DNA of 64,000 nt from a virus: positions 55,488 to 119,487 of the IMG/VR virus record IMGVR_UViG_3300047091_000002; one strand, 5' to 3'. Shown here piece after piece: positions 39,009 to 49,232 of this stretch. Every line of letters starts with the position of its first letter. The stretch's first letter is position 1. The notes beneath the pieces were generated by a model. It did not search any database, was not told where the DNA came from, and worked only from the letters and a program-made list of their open reading frames with translations. Both the position numbers and the translations under genes were made by a program.

Positions 39009-39194
39009 ATGTCAACAATTATAATTTCTTGTCACTGCGAGAATTCCTATCAGGATGAAAAATATGGATTCCATAAAAGAGTTCATAACCTTACAACACT
39101 ACCCAAAATTTCAGAAGGACAGCAGACAAAAGGTGGTAGACCAGTTAAAGCCAGATGCACAATCTGTTCAAATGTTAAAGAAGTTAAAAATTAG
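39009..39194 (+). CDS. Small Zn-binding hypothetical protein
   Basis: CHCENSYQDEKYG...RVHN...CTIC. Confidence 0.5.
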   Translation: MSTIIISCHCENSYQDEKYGFHKRVHNLTTLPKISEGQQTKGGRPVKARCTICSNVKEVKN

Positions 39195-39203
39195 GAAAAT
39201 ACA

Positions 39204-39644
39204 ATGGATATTGAAAAGGATTTGCAAAATCTTGCCGTACTTAGGGCAAACAACAAGGGACACATAATTGGTATTTTTAATGCGCTCGATGAAAATATAC
39301 AAGAGGCTATATGCCCTAGATGTAATAAATCTGTATTTATCAATTTGAAACGATTCTCATCTCAACTTATGACAGGTAGGGCATTATTTGAAGAATGCCA
39401 AGAATCGCTGCTAACAGCAAAATTTGGATTTGAAGTTACTGAAAATCTCTCGAATTATCCAAGCGTATATCAAGATGAAACCACCCTTAGAGTCATCTTA
39501 ACTGGTTGGAAGGGGTCAACCGTAATCTATGAGGCTCTAAAATTCGCTTTGGAAAATGATTTTCTTACCAAATGCGCGGCAGACGGAGTTTCTAAAGAAG
39601 AAGTTCAACAAGCTTTACATGCTCTAGGCGGAGTAGTTGACTAG
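39204..39644 (+). CDS. Hypothetical protein
   Basis: ORF track; CxxC. Confidence 0.55.
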   Translation: MDIEKDLQNLAVLRANNKGHIIGIFNALDENIQEAICPRCNKSVFINLKRFSSQLMTGRALFEECQESLLTAKFGFEVTENLSNYPSVYQDETTLRVILTGWKGSTVIYEALKFALENDFLTKCAADGVSKEEVQQALHALGGVVD

Positions 39645-39971
39645 AAAAACGAGGTTATTATGAGAAGTAACAAATACTTCCATCCAGAAAAATATTCCAA
39701 TTCCATTACTATTTTAGATAGATTAGTTGATACAAGCCCGATGTCTAAAACAGGGAATGATTGGATAAAAAGGATAAGGGGCAGATTAATGGAGTCAGAA
39801 AATTATCTTGCGTGGGAGTATAAAGTCAAAAAATCATGAAGGCTACGATTATTAAAACTACTATCATCTGTATAGTTCAATGTCCCAATTGCAAATACAA
39901 ACAAGACTACGCAAATCAAAGAGAACCCGGAGATCCCTTTTGGTGCTGTATGTGCAATTGGAAAGGCGAGG

Positions 39972-40202
39972 TTGGTAAAAATGCCGCTTAAAGAATATGA
40001 AGTTAGAAATATACTTACAAATACGATAGTTGTGGAAGCTTATTTGGATTTACTTAGTCGCAATCTTTTTACCCATCCAAATTCATACCCAGAAGATGTA
40101 GAAAAAGAACTTCCAAAAATAATAGAAATGGTAGGAATACTTTCTCGAACCACAACTAGACTATTAGAAATCTATGATAACCGTAATTCTAATCTCACCT
40201 AA
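39972..40202 (+). CDS. Hypothetical protein
   Basis: ORF track. Confidence 0.45.
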   Translation: MVKMPLKEYEVRNILTNTIVVEAYLDLLSRNLFTHPNSYPEDVEKELPKIIEMVGILSRTTTRLLEIYDNRNSNLT

Positions 40203-40635
40203 AGACGAATTTAATGTTGCTCAATCCTTAAGAAATCTAGCAGAATTAGCCGGAGATGAGCCAGCTAAATTAGTTGTTGTTAATCGTAGATACGTACCGG
40301 CAACAGGAGAAAAAGGCGATAGAAAACCCCGACCCTTTAGAATGAAGGCGTATGACCACGTTCAAGTTGAATATCATGAATCAATTCCTAATTGGGCTTA
40401 TCTTGATTCTGGAAGAACTGTTGTGGTAGAATGTTTAGACTGGGCTACATCCCTTCCTACCTTTAAACACCCTAAAAATCCTATCTATATATTCGGACCA
40501 GAAGATGGAAATATCCCTAAATGGATTATCGAAAAGACAAAGAAGTATGTTAAAGTAGAGACTCTCGAATGTCTCAACTTGGCAATGGCAGTGGGGATTG
40601 TAATTTATGACAAGAAAATTAATCGCCAGGCGTAG
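40174..40635 (+). CDS. SPOUT (SpoU/TrmH/TrmL-like) RNA methyltransferase
   Basis: NVAQSLRN motif 1, IYIFGPEDG motif 2, CLNLAMAVGIVIYD motif 3. Confidence 0.85.
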   Translation: MITVILISPKDEFNVAQSLRNLAELAGDEPAKLVVVNRRYVPATGEKGDRKPRPFRMKAYDHVQVEYHESIPNWAYLDSGRTVVVECLDWATSLPTFKHPKNPIYIFGPEDGNIPKWIIEKTKKYVKVETLECLNLAMAVGIVIYDKKINRQA

Positions 40636-40865
40636 ACCCGGAAATTGTTTCCTATGTAACAGCGGAGATGCGGTATTTGGCATGGATATTCAATGGTCGG
40701 ATACCTCAACCAATGCCCATGCCACAGATTTAATATGTAGAAAATGCTTCGAGGAGTTCTACAAAACTTATACAAACCTATTTTTGCCGGAATTGGATTG
40801 GGCACAAATAGATTTTTCCAAACGAGTATTTAAATCTCCAGTAACTCTAACTTTGGAGGAAGAAG

Positions 40866-41249
40866 ATGTTATTACTTAATCCCAACCCCCATGTTAATGA
40901 TCGGAGTGTCCCTGATTTACGATGGCTAGGTTATTTTTGCGATCAAGATAAGATGTTCCATAAAGATGGGGTATCTCAATTCTACAATACCCATTGTATT
41001 ACCTGCGGAACTAGAGTTATAGATGTGAATTATCGAGTATTCATACTCCCCACTCCAAAAACCTCGATAGAAGCGCTACAAATGATAGCAGAGATTGCTA
41101 AGGAGATAATTTCTAACGCGCAGGGTATTGCGTTTGATCAACATAAAATTCTTCTAATATGCGAGTATATGTTAAAGGTTAAAATAGAATGCAATTGCTA
41201 TATGTGCAGACATAACATGTACCCAATTCAAATGCAATACGTAGAGTAA
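40866..41249 (+). CDS. Hypothetical Cys-rich protein
   Basis: ORF track. Confidence 0.5.
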   Translation: MLLLNPNPHVNDRSVPDLRWLGYFCDQDKMFHKDGVSQFYNTHCITCGTRVIDVNYRVFILPTPKTSIEALQMIAEIAKEIISNAQGIAFDQHKILLICEYMLKVKIECNCYMCRHNMYPIQMQYVE

Positions 41250-41273
41250 ATTCTACATCAAAAGGAGAATAAA

Positions 41274-41612
41274 ATGGATATTTACGATGAGGAAATACAA
41301 AGATTAACTACTGCTAGTAGGATTGCTATAATGGATTCGTGGTATGGTGCAGGCCCATTATTCCAGTTCTTAAATAAAACTGGAAAATTTGAAATATTTG
41401 GCTTTTGCCCTACTATGGTAAAAGGAAGCATTTGGGAAAGGAGCAAAGATTTCTATGTAGAATCTATAGGATTTGAATTAACCCGACTAATCACTGACTC
41501 TTCTATACCTCCTACTGCAAGTTTGATTACAAACGAGCATTTACCAGAGTTTGCAAAAATACAACGAGCGGCTGATAGAATATTTCAACGAGATCCTAAC
41601 AGGTTTAAATAA
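41274..41612 (+). CDS. Hypothetical protein, tandem paralog 1
   Basis: MDIYDEEI...PLF...ELT...IP...FAKIQR. Confidence 0.65.
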   Translation: MDIYDEEIQRLTTASRIAIMDSWYGAGPLFQFLNKTGKFEIFGFCPTMVKGSIWERSKDFYVESIGFELTRLITDSSIPPTASLITNEHLPEFAKIQRAADRIFQRDPNRFK

Positions 41613-41622
41613 GGAAATTAGT

Positions 41623-41949
41623 ATGGATATTTATGATCTTGAAATCGATTATCTTCAAAAACATCCAGAGGATATAATGTTGCATTATAGAAAAGCCACT
41701 CCGCTTTTCGGATATGCGAGGCATCCAGATCACTATGTAGCTTTTATAGGATGCCTCGTGCTGATTCGGAGATTTAGCTTCGCAGTTGCAGAAACAGACG
41801 AATTAACCGAGGGTATTAGGGCGGATGAAAATATTCCGATTAGTGACGTGGATATATCCGTTGATAATCTCCACATATTTGCTCAATGGCAGCGACGGAT
41901 AGATATTATCCTTAACCGCCCTGTCGCCGCATCATTCTTGCCTAGGTGA
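41623..41949 (+). CDS. Hypothetical protein, tandem paralog 2
   Basis: MDIYDLEI...PLF...ELT...IP...FAQWQR; true start ATG 41623. Confidence 0.65.
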   Translation: MDIYDLEIDYLQKHPEDIMLHYRKATPLFGYARHPDHYVAFIGCLVLIRRFSFAVAETDELTEGIRADENIPISDVDISVDNLHIFAQWQRRIDIILNRPVAASFLPR

Positions 41950-41961
41950 TATTGAGATAAC

Positions 41962-41991
41962 TTGCGAAACTATCTTAGTTAGATGTATAAT
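41962..41991 (+). promoter_or_regulatory. sigma70-type promoter
   Basis: TTGCGA - 18 nt - TATAAT. Confidence 0.5.
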
Positions 41992-42077
41992 AATTAACTA
42001 CTACAGCAATCGAAATTTGATAAGACTTGTCTTATTGTAAATCGTTAACCCTAATATTAGGAGAAAGTAAACAGAAA

Positions 42078-42917
42078 ATGAGTACAGTAAAATCATTAGC
42101 AAAAACGGATAGGGATTATACCCCTGTCCGGTTCAGGTTTTTAGCCGCCGGGCAGATGAAGATTCAAGTGAATCTTTCACCCCCCGTTAATCGCAGTTAC
42201 GGGCTTCGTTCTATTGGAGCATTTGAACCTGTAAATGCAACAGAAGCGGATGCCCATCTTGCTTTCTTTAAGTCCGCTACCAAATCAAATTCTCTAGCCG
42301 GAACTAAGGAACAGTACGCAGAAGCGTTGGTTCGAGAATCGAACGGAAATTTGAAGTGGCAAGTTCCGGTATCAAATCCTCACGGATTTAGTTCACATAT
42401 AGTTCGAGATGGATATGTTTCTTTCGTTTCAAGTGGGGCTGATCATCCAGAACTTGTTGCGTTCCTCACTCCCAAAACTGCTCTAAAAATGGGAATAGCA
42501 GCAGTCGCCCCCAATAATCTGGTAGAAGCGTTTGTACCATCTCTTGCTGGCACTGGTGCGGAGTATTTGCGGGGTCAAATCCGAATTACATCTAATGGAC
42601 GAATCAGATTTCAGGCTGCGCTAACGAAAGCTGAAAATCGTGACTACGGATTTGCAGAGAAGACTGAAAAGAATAGTACATACCGTGGACTATTCGATGT
42701 AGTTATCGCAAATGCTTCTGGAAAAAATTCGTCTTTGGCTGATACCGGACAGACATATTCGGAGGTGCGAGTTCGCGCCAGTGATTCAAATCTTAAGTGG
42801 CAGGTCCCAGCTACAAGTATGGAGGGAGTACCTCCCAGCAATCAACGAAAAGGATACATTTCCTTTACCACAAAAGGAATTCTTCCTGAGTTGCTTGAGT
42901 TTCTAAATAACCAGTAA
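42078..42917 (+). CDS. Protein of two tandem copies of an unknown domain
   Basis: Repeat motifs NRxYG, (N/S)SLAxT, LKWQVP, GYxSF occur twice; GGAG RBS before ATG 42078. Confidence 0.75.
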   Translation: MSTVKSLAKTDRDYTPVRFRFLAAGQMKIQVNLSPPVNRSYGLRSIGAFEPVNATEADAHLAFFKSATKSNSLAGTKEQYAEALVRESNGNLKWQVPVSNPHGFSSHIVRDGYVSFVSSGADHPELVAFLTPKTALKMGIAAVAPNNLVEAFVPSLAGTGAEYLRGQIRITSNGRIRFQAALTKAENRDYGFAEKTEKNSTYRGLFDVVIANASGKNSSLADTGQTYSEVRVRASDSNLKWQVPATSMEGVPPSNQRKGYISFTTKGILPELLEFLNNQ

Positions 42918-42944
42918 ATAAAATAGTAGCTCACGTTAATTCGA

Positions 42945-42975
42945 TACGGGGGAAAAATTCCCCCGTAATTTTTTT
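42945..42975 (+). terminator. Intrinsic terminator
   Basis: TACGGGGGAA-AAA-TTCCCCCGTA-ATTTTTTT. Confidence 0.75.
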
Positions 42976-43083
42976 GTAACTAATTCAGATAAAGGATATT
43001 TATATAACCAACTCATGGAAAGATTATGTGATAGCGTCCCAAGGACGCAAAAAGCCCAAGGTTGCCGTAAACTTGGACGAATA

Positions 43084-44808
43084 ATGTTTAAAATCGGATT
43101 GCCTTCCGGGTTTAATCTTGCTCATGCCTACCTAACAAATATTAAAGATGTTAAAAACGGGAACACATTTTATCAGGATTCCGAGAAAGAAAAATTCGTT
43201 AGACCGGCTCCAACGGAACCTCGACATGGCTTTGTGGACAGCCGAGTAGTAAGGGTATCCGAATTCGATTCCGTGTTACCTAAAATTGCCGATGAAATGA
43301 TAGCGGCAGGGGAGCCGAATGGAGAAATGATTATTGCATCAACGATTACAGCTAGAGGGAATTCCGTTATAACTCCATGTCGGATAGTGGCTGGTCCCGG
43401 AAATGACGGGGCAACAAACGGCAAAAATACCACTGAAATACCACTTAAAATAGAATTTTTGCTTAACACTTTATTTGAGGAATTAGGAATATTCGATCAT
43501 ATAAATTTTTTTAAAGGTTGGCCCTACATAGAATTGGTAGATCCAATAATAAAGGGAGACAGTTCTCCGAAAATGCGTACGTCGCAATATACCCAAATTA
43601 GAGGAGGACCTAAACCTCCCAGCTACGGAGAAGGTAGGAAAATAAAAGTAGAAAGAGTGATTAAAGTGGAGCAGGATGCGAAAGATCCAGCAGCACTTTT
43701 GAAATGGGAATATCTTGTAAATGAGCTTAAGAAATTCGTAATTGAAGAAAATATTACGAAAACTCCCGTAATATGGCATCCAGGGGGTGCCATAACATCT
43801 CATTATGGTGCTCATGCCACAATCAATGATATACCGTATCTCACTGGTGAGGAGCCGGTAGTTGGACAAGTGATGGACACTGTTCAAGTTATTGGAGATA
43901 AAATAGATATTCATCAGATACGAGAAGGATTGTTAGCAGGATTAGCATCATCGAATATTGATTTTAACTCGGCATCGGAATATTTGCGAGGTGCTGTGGG
44001 GATCATCCATTTGATGGGTTATTTGGATCCTTGCCATCCCGCTACCGCACGACTTATCGGATTTGCATTCGGTAGAGCGGTGCGAGTTTTAATAGCCTTG
44101 CCATGCGGAGAAGCTAGACATGCAACCGTAGATTCTTTTTTCCTTAAAAATTTATTATTGGATTCGCTTATAGATAGAGTATCCGTATATTCCAAGATCT
44201 GGAGTATGGATATTACAGAAGCATTATCAAAACTCGGAAGTTGCCAATATCTATTTCAGAATATTAAATGGGGTGCCGGATATGGGGGTCCAAAATGGGC
44301 TAAATGCACGAAATCTTTGTTAAATTTTGTTAAAGCTATTGAAATTTTTATACGTAAGCCTACAATAGTTAGATCTAAAAGATTAATCATCCTATTTAAT
44401 GCCGTTGTTAATGAAGCGCATAACGGCGGATGGTGGTTTAACAAACTATTACATGATAATTATACGCTTGATACCATTAAGCGTTTGCCGATTTTGGCAA
44501 TTCCTGGATTTATGATAGTAGAAAGTCAAATTTCTTCTTCAGAAGAATACAAGCCTGTAGAAATGGTGAAGATATTTAAAGAAGGGTTCGAGAAGACAGA
44601 AAAAATGATTCCGAAGTATATTCCACCAATAAAGAATTCGGAAATAACCGAATATTGTGATTGCGAATGTTGTTGCAAAGAAGCAAAAACGCTGCTAGTG
44701 AAAAAAGAAATTCCAAAAATACCCAAAATTGAAGAAATGTTATCCAGTAAGAAAAAGAAATTGGGAGTTGGATCTATAATATCGGAGGCTAAGAAAAGAA
44801 ATGCTTAA
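43084..44808 (+). CDS. PEP-utilizer/pyruvate-phosphate-dikinase-like protein (swivel phospho-His domain)
   Basis: HPGGAITSHYGAHATINDIP matches GGxTSHxxIxxxxxxIP; N-terminal VRPAPTEPRHGFVDSRVV possibly ATP-grasp-like; C-terminal helical domain with GYGGPKW. Confidence 0.7.
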   Translation: MFKIGLPSGFNLAHAYLTNIKDVKNGNTFYQDSEKEKFVRPAPTEPRHGFVDSRVVRVSEFDSVLPKIADEMIAAGEPNGEMIIASTITARGNSVITPCRIVAGPGNDGATNGKNTTEIPLKIEFLLNTLFEELGIFDHINFFKGWPYIELVDPIIKGDSSPKMRTSQYTQIRGGPKPPSYGEGRKIKVERVIKVEQDAKDPAALLKWEYLVNELKKFVIEENITKTPVIWHPGGAITSHYGAHATINDIPYLTGEEPVVGQVMDTVQVIGDKIDIHQIREGLLAGLASSNIDFNSASEYLRGAVGIIHLMGYLDPCHPATARLIGFAFGRAVRVLIALPCGEARHATVDSFFLKNLLLDSLIDRVSVYSKIWSMDITEALSKLGSCQYLFQNIKWGAGYGGPKWAKCTKSLLNFVKAIEIFIRKPTIVRSKRLIILFNAVVNEAHNGGWWFNKLLHDNYTLDTIKRLPILAIPGFMIVESQISSSEEYKPVEMVKIFKEGFEKTEKMIPKYIPPIKNSEITEYCDCECCCKEAKTLLVKKEIPKIPKIEEMLSSKKKKLGVGSIISEAKKRNA

Positions 44809-45256
44809 TACGAAATTAGAAAAATTTGAAGTGGTTAACTCTCTAGCCGGGACGGAAAAGAAATATCTCAAAATACAATTTCGACTTGAAAAAACCATTC
44901 TAAGAATTCAATGCCCTCTTGAAAATTCGCTTAATAGACCGTACGGATTTTGCATTGAATCGTCTAATTTAGAAGTATTAGATCTTGAAATTTTCAAACA
45001 GTTACAAAAGATTGCTAAGGCAGTATCGTCATTAGCTATATCCAATCAAGTATATTTCGTAGGATATGTTCGATTGGAAAAGAACAAAATCAAGTGGCAG
45101 GTAGAATGTCCGAACCTGCATCTCGTCGAATCAGGAATAGTGATGTTGCCATTTATTCGCGGCGCTACGGAAAAAACAGCATATGCATCCTTTAATACGT
45201 CGAGTCTTGCTATAAAAGGACTTTCCGAGGTTATTACAAATGTTTTAGGAAAATAG
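44801..45256 (+). CDS. Single-copy paralog of the 42078-42917 repeat domain
   Basis: LNRPYGF, VSSLAIS, IKWQVE, AYASF; extra NSLAGT half-repeat at N-terminus. Confidence 0.7.
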   Translation: MLNTKLEKFEVVNSLAGTEKKYLKIQFRLEKTILRIQCPLENSLNRPYGFCIESSNLEVLDLEIFKQLQKIAKAVSSLAISNQVYFVGYVRLEKNKIKWQVECPNLHLVESGIVMLPFIRGATEKTAYASFNTSSLAIKGLSEVITNVLGK

Positions 45257-45392
45257 TCTTCAGAAGAAATTGAAATCTCGAAAAATATAATTGGTAACAA
45301 TATACTCGAAATACAACCCAAAAATACAATAAAAATTAAGAACAAAGTAAAGCCCCAGCCTAAAGGAAAAAAGATAAAAAAGGAGATCGTGG

Positions 45393-46949
45393 ATGAGGTG
45401 GTTTATTTTTAAGCGAGATGTTGAATTTTGTGATTCCCCGTTACCTATGTACATTCTCTTGTTATCTGAAAGTGATGTGCAGGTCGAAGTTGAGAAAACC
45501 TTAGCACGAGAACGGCTTGAAGAAATAATGGGAATAGAGGCATCAGAATATTATAGTTACTTCGGATTTCTTTTACGTGACGCTGACAAATCCGAAAATG
45601 CAGTTTTATTCGATTTTTGTAAAACTTGCAACGTTTCGGCAACATCTGTTACGATATTAGGAGAAAATTATATGAATAAAGAAAAAAAGATTTGGCAAGT
45701 GTTCTCGAAAAATTCAAAAACTATAACAGGATGTTTTTACTGTGTAGTTTGCGAGGATACGCGGACGGCTGCTTTAAACCGAATTCCACGCGATAAGTTG
45801 GGTGATTTTCCATTATATCTTGGTGCAATAGATGCCGCATCCGTTGATGAAATGGTGGATGCCTGTCGGGATAAACTTCAAATTGATCTAATGCTAGAGC
45901 TGGATTTGGTAATCTGTAGGGTAATCGACACTGATCAAACTGATGAATTAGCGTCAAATACGGATTTTACATGCTTCGTCAATGTTAGATCCGCATCTAG
46001 ATTCGATTATGTCGTCATCGAGGCTCCAGAAGATATAGCTCACAGCATATTCGATTATAAATTTGGGAAAAGCATATTTGATGGATTTGCGGGAGCGGGA
46101 GAACCCGATCTCAACGGAATAGATTCTAAAAAAGTAATACAAGAAATGATCAGGATAGGAATAATAGAAAAAGCCGATAAGGAAACTACCCTTGTTATAG
46201 ACAGTGATACTGTAACCGGACTAATCGAATTTATTAATAAAGGTGACAGAAAATTGGAAGAGTACGGAAAGAAAATCAGTGTAAGTCCTTATATAGTAGA
46301 TAAAATTACAGGAATATTGAAACCTAATCCAAATCACGTCAAGGCAAATGGAAAAAATTCTCTAGCCGAGGTTCCAAAAAAAATAGAGCCGCCATGTCAT
46401 AATGGAGATACCCTGGCTATCAAATTGGGAAAACTTTCGATTTATTGCGGAGGTAGTTCTAGGGGTGGAGGTTTTACACCTGTTAAACTAGTTGTCGATC
46501 TTAAGGGGTCGGAACTTCAGGTAGTCAGAGTATTCGGAGGCGATCCTGATTGGGAGGCAGTTGGACATTTAGTAAAAGATAATCACGTAATAAGTATTAA
46601 CTGGCCCGACTACGATGTACCTAATTTAGGTAAAAAGTTCTGGCAAGCATTCGTTGCCACCCTACTTAAGAAGTCAGCGAAGACCGAATATTCAATCTAT
46701 GTAGGATGTTTAGGTGGACATGGTAGAACGGGCACTGCGATGGCTATTATAGCTCACCTTTTAGGTATTTGTAAGAACGAAGATCCAGTAACATTTATTA
46801 GAAATAAACATTGTAAAAATGCAGTGGAATCCGAAAGGCAATTAAAATATATAGAAAAAATCTGTGGAATTTCTCTTCCAAAGGAAGCAAAAATAATCCA
46901 TAAAACTTCTGGAGTACAACATAATTTTCCTAATTGGGGGGCAGTTTAA
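45393..46949 (+). CDS. Large protein with C-terminal dual-specificity/PTP-fold phosphatase domain
   Basis: NWPDYDVP (WPD-loop-like), VGCLGGHGRTG (CX5R), AVESERQLKYI (Q-loop). Confidence 0.85.
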   Translation: MRWFIFKRDVEFCDSPLPMYILLLSESDVQVEVEKTLARERLEEIMGIEASEYYSYFGFLLRDADKSENAVLFDFCKTCNVSATSVTILGENYMNKEKKIWQVFSKNSKTITGCFYCVVCEDTRTAALNRIPRDKLGDFPLYLGAIDAASVDEMVDACRDKLQIDLMLELDLVICRVIDTDQTDELASNTDFTCFVNVRSASRFDYVVIEAPEDIAHSIFDYKFGKSIFDGFAGAGEPDLNGIDSKKVIQEMIRIGIIEKADKETTLVIDSDTVTGLIEFINKGDRKLEEYGKKISVSPYIVDKITGILKPNPNHVKANGKNSLAEVPKKIEPPCHNGDTLAIKLGKLSIYCGGSSRGGGFTPVKLVVDLKGSELQVVRVFGGDPDWEAVGHLVKDNHVISINWPDYDVPNLGKKFWQAFVATLLKKSAKTEYSIYVGCLGGHGRTGTAMAIIAHLLGICKNEDPVTFIRNKHCKNAVESERQLKYIEKICGISLPKEAKIIHKTSGVQHNFPNWGAV

Positions 46950-46970
46950 TACCTATTTTATAGAGGTCGG

Positions 46971-47165
46971 ATGAATGAAGATAAAATATTTCAAGCTTTA
47001 GAACTTAAAGAGTTTGAATATAATAGTGCTTATTTTCAAGCACTTCACTATGATACATTAGCAAAAAGAAGTTTAGAGCAAGGAGAAATGTCTAAGTATC
47101 TGATTTATTTAGATATTTCAAATCGTGCTATTGCAATACTTAAACAATATGAAGAATTACCGTAA
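46971..47165 (+). CDS. Hypothetical protein
   Basis: ORF track, GAGG RBS. Confidence 0.5.
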   Translation: MNEDKIFQALELKEFEYNSAYFQALHYDTLAKRSLEQGEMSKYLIYLDISNRAIAILKQYEELP

Positions 47166-47174
47166 GGAGCAGAT

Positions 47175-47360
47175 ATGCAAAGAGTTATCAGTGAATCTAG
47201 TGCCAATTTATTAGCGAGGGAATTGAATACCTTCGTAATGAATGGGTGGAAAATAGGTCCCGGTTCAATTTATGGAATATCTCTTAATCGAAATAGAGAT
47301 GTAGGAGAATATACCGAACCTCATTTTGAACAATATTGGATTGGAGTAATAGAGATATGA
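47175..47360 (+). CDS. Hypothetical protein (DUF1737-like size and pattern)
   Basis: LARELNTFVMNGWKIGPG. Confidence 0.4.
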   Translation: MQRVISESSANLLARELNTFVMNGWKIGPGSIYGISLNRNRDVGEYTEPHFEQYWIGVIEI

Positions 47361-47597
47361 GAGATAAATTTTGGTGTTTTCTTACAAATCATAAACATTA
47401 TTGGACAAATCCTAGATTTGAAGATGGTCGAGCGGTCCTTACGTGTTACGGTTGTTCTAGAACCAAGTCAATAATTGGAGTGTTTCGATGATTTGGAAAC
47501 TCAATAGAACAAGACGCATTAAGGTTTTATCTCTTCCGTTTCCATACACTCTAGAAAGGCCATTCTGGAAAGACTTAAACTTCTCCGTGGATAATGT

Positions 47598-47792
47598 GTG
47601 AAAACAGTAATTGTTGATAAAAAATTCGTTAAATAGATTCGTAAACAAGGTTGTCCGAACCAAACGATAAGCAATTTTTGTCTAGAAAAAGGAATGGGAG
47701 AAAGAATGGAATTTTTTATTGTAGATTCGGAAACAGTTCACCTAGAATGGTGTTCGCCCAAAGTAAAAAGGAGACCGGCAAATGATACATAA
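47598..47792 (+). pseudogene. Amber-interrupted paralog of 49905-50123
   Basis: KTVIVDKKFVK*IRKQGCP...KGMGERME vs KTVITDKKFIKWLREHGCP...KGMGERME; TAG at 47634 replaces TGG. Confidence 0.65.
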
Positions 47793-48209
47793 GTCCAATC
47801 GTTACACCGATAATCACGTTTTAACCAGTAAGGCAGTAATTTCTTATACTCCGCAAGGATTAACTCAGGGATGCGGCTGTTCTTTTATTGTTAATCCGAA
47901 AGGCAGAGGTAGAATAGTTACAAAACATTGCCCGAAACATAAATCTAGCATATTAAGATCACATTCGATAGATCAACTAACTTAGTTGAGGAGATAAAAA
48001 ATAAGATGCTAGTAAAACTTCGAGATATACAAGAAAAAACTGTATTCCACCTAGGTAATAAATACAAAAAAGGGTGGGTATATAGGGGAAATTCGGTTCG
48101 TTGCGAACCATTTTTAGGAGGTCAATTTCAAACAAATCCTGATTTAGGAGAATGGATTGATCTAAATTCTGATGTAGAGGTAACAAAATCATAAGTCAAG
48201 GAGAATATA

Positions 48210-48539
48210 ATGCAGGTAAAACTTATTAGAGGTATTAAAGATGGAAGAGACTTTATAGAATTTTGGGGAGATACGGTTGCGTATGGCAGATCGCCTATTG
48301 GAATTAGTAGATCTCTAACAGGAACAACTGACGAGCAAGATATAGGAATTTTTTTCACAGCTCGCAGCGTGTGGTTTAGATATGGTGCGTACTATAAAGA
48401 ATTTCTGTTCGACGATTCCTTGTCTCTAAAATCAGATAATTTAAGAGATCTGAAAAGAAAATTAGAAAATAGAATACGCATTGTAAAGGAGTGGGTAAAT
48501 AGTATAGATAAAACAGAAACATTGGAGTTTAATCTATGA
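48210..48539 (+). CDS. Hypothetical protein
   Basis: GGAG RBS, ORF track. Confidence 0.55.
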   Translation: MQVKLIRGIKDGRDFIEFWGDTVAYGRSPIGISRSLTGTTDEQDIGIFFTARSVWFRYGAYYKEFLFDDSLSLKSDNLRDLKRKLENRIRIVKEWVNSIDKTETLEFNL

Positions 48540-48981
48540 AACTAGATTACTTGGGGATAATATGTCAGATAATACTGCTGATGAAATAGGGGAGAAAGGT
48601 ATTTTAAATGAAGATTCAATTAGTTGATCTTGAGGAAATGTTTAATAACTCCACTGGAATCAACAGTAAAATGTCTGGAGCAGAAAGATTTACTGTATGG
48701 GAATATGTCGCCCAACAACTAGAACAAACCGCAATTCAAATTAGAGGACAGCAATCAATGTTGCTTAAAAATTTGATTTTGGAGAAATCGAAATGAAGAT
48801 AAAACGGAAATTCGTTTTTTCATCGGATGATTTTGCAAGACTACCAACGGAATTATGTAGTGTCATAATAAGATCACTTGATAGTTCTGAAGTGAGGGTA
48901 ACGCGCAAAACAATCGAAAATCTCGAAGCCGATCTTTGTAGATGGCTTAAAGATCAACTAGTCTAAAATAAGGAGAAAATC

Positions 48982-49224
48982 ATGGAAGAAATACCAGGAA
49001 TCAAACTTCTACCAGAAGATGTTGATAAGTACGTCGAAACCTGTGGGTATCTAGGATTTATGGGTAGTATAGGAACTGAAAAATCTCGGATAATAGTTGC
49101 TTTAAATGATGGTTATTATCTTATGACTCAAGAAGAGGTTCTTGATCCCATTGTCAAGGAGATACTCGACAAAGAAGCTAACGAACATTTCGATTCGTTA
49201 GGCTATACCGCTCTACCCGTATAG
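48982..49224 (+). CDS. Hypothetical protein
   Basis: GGAG RBS, ORF track. Confidence 0.55.
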   Translation: MEEIPGIKLLPEDVDKYVETCGYLGFMGSIGTEKSRIIVALNDGYYLMTQEEVLDPIVKEILDKEANEHFDSLGYTALPV

Positions 49225-49232
49225 GAGAATTT

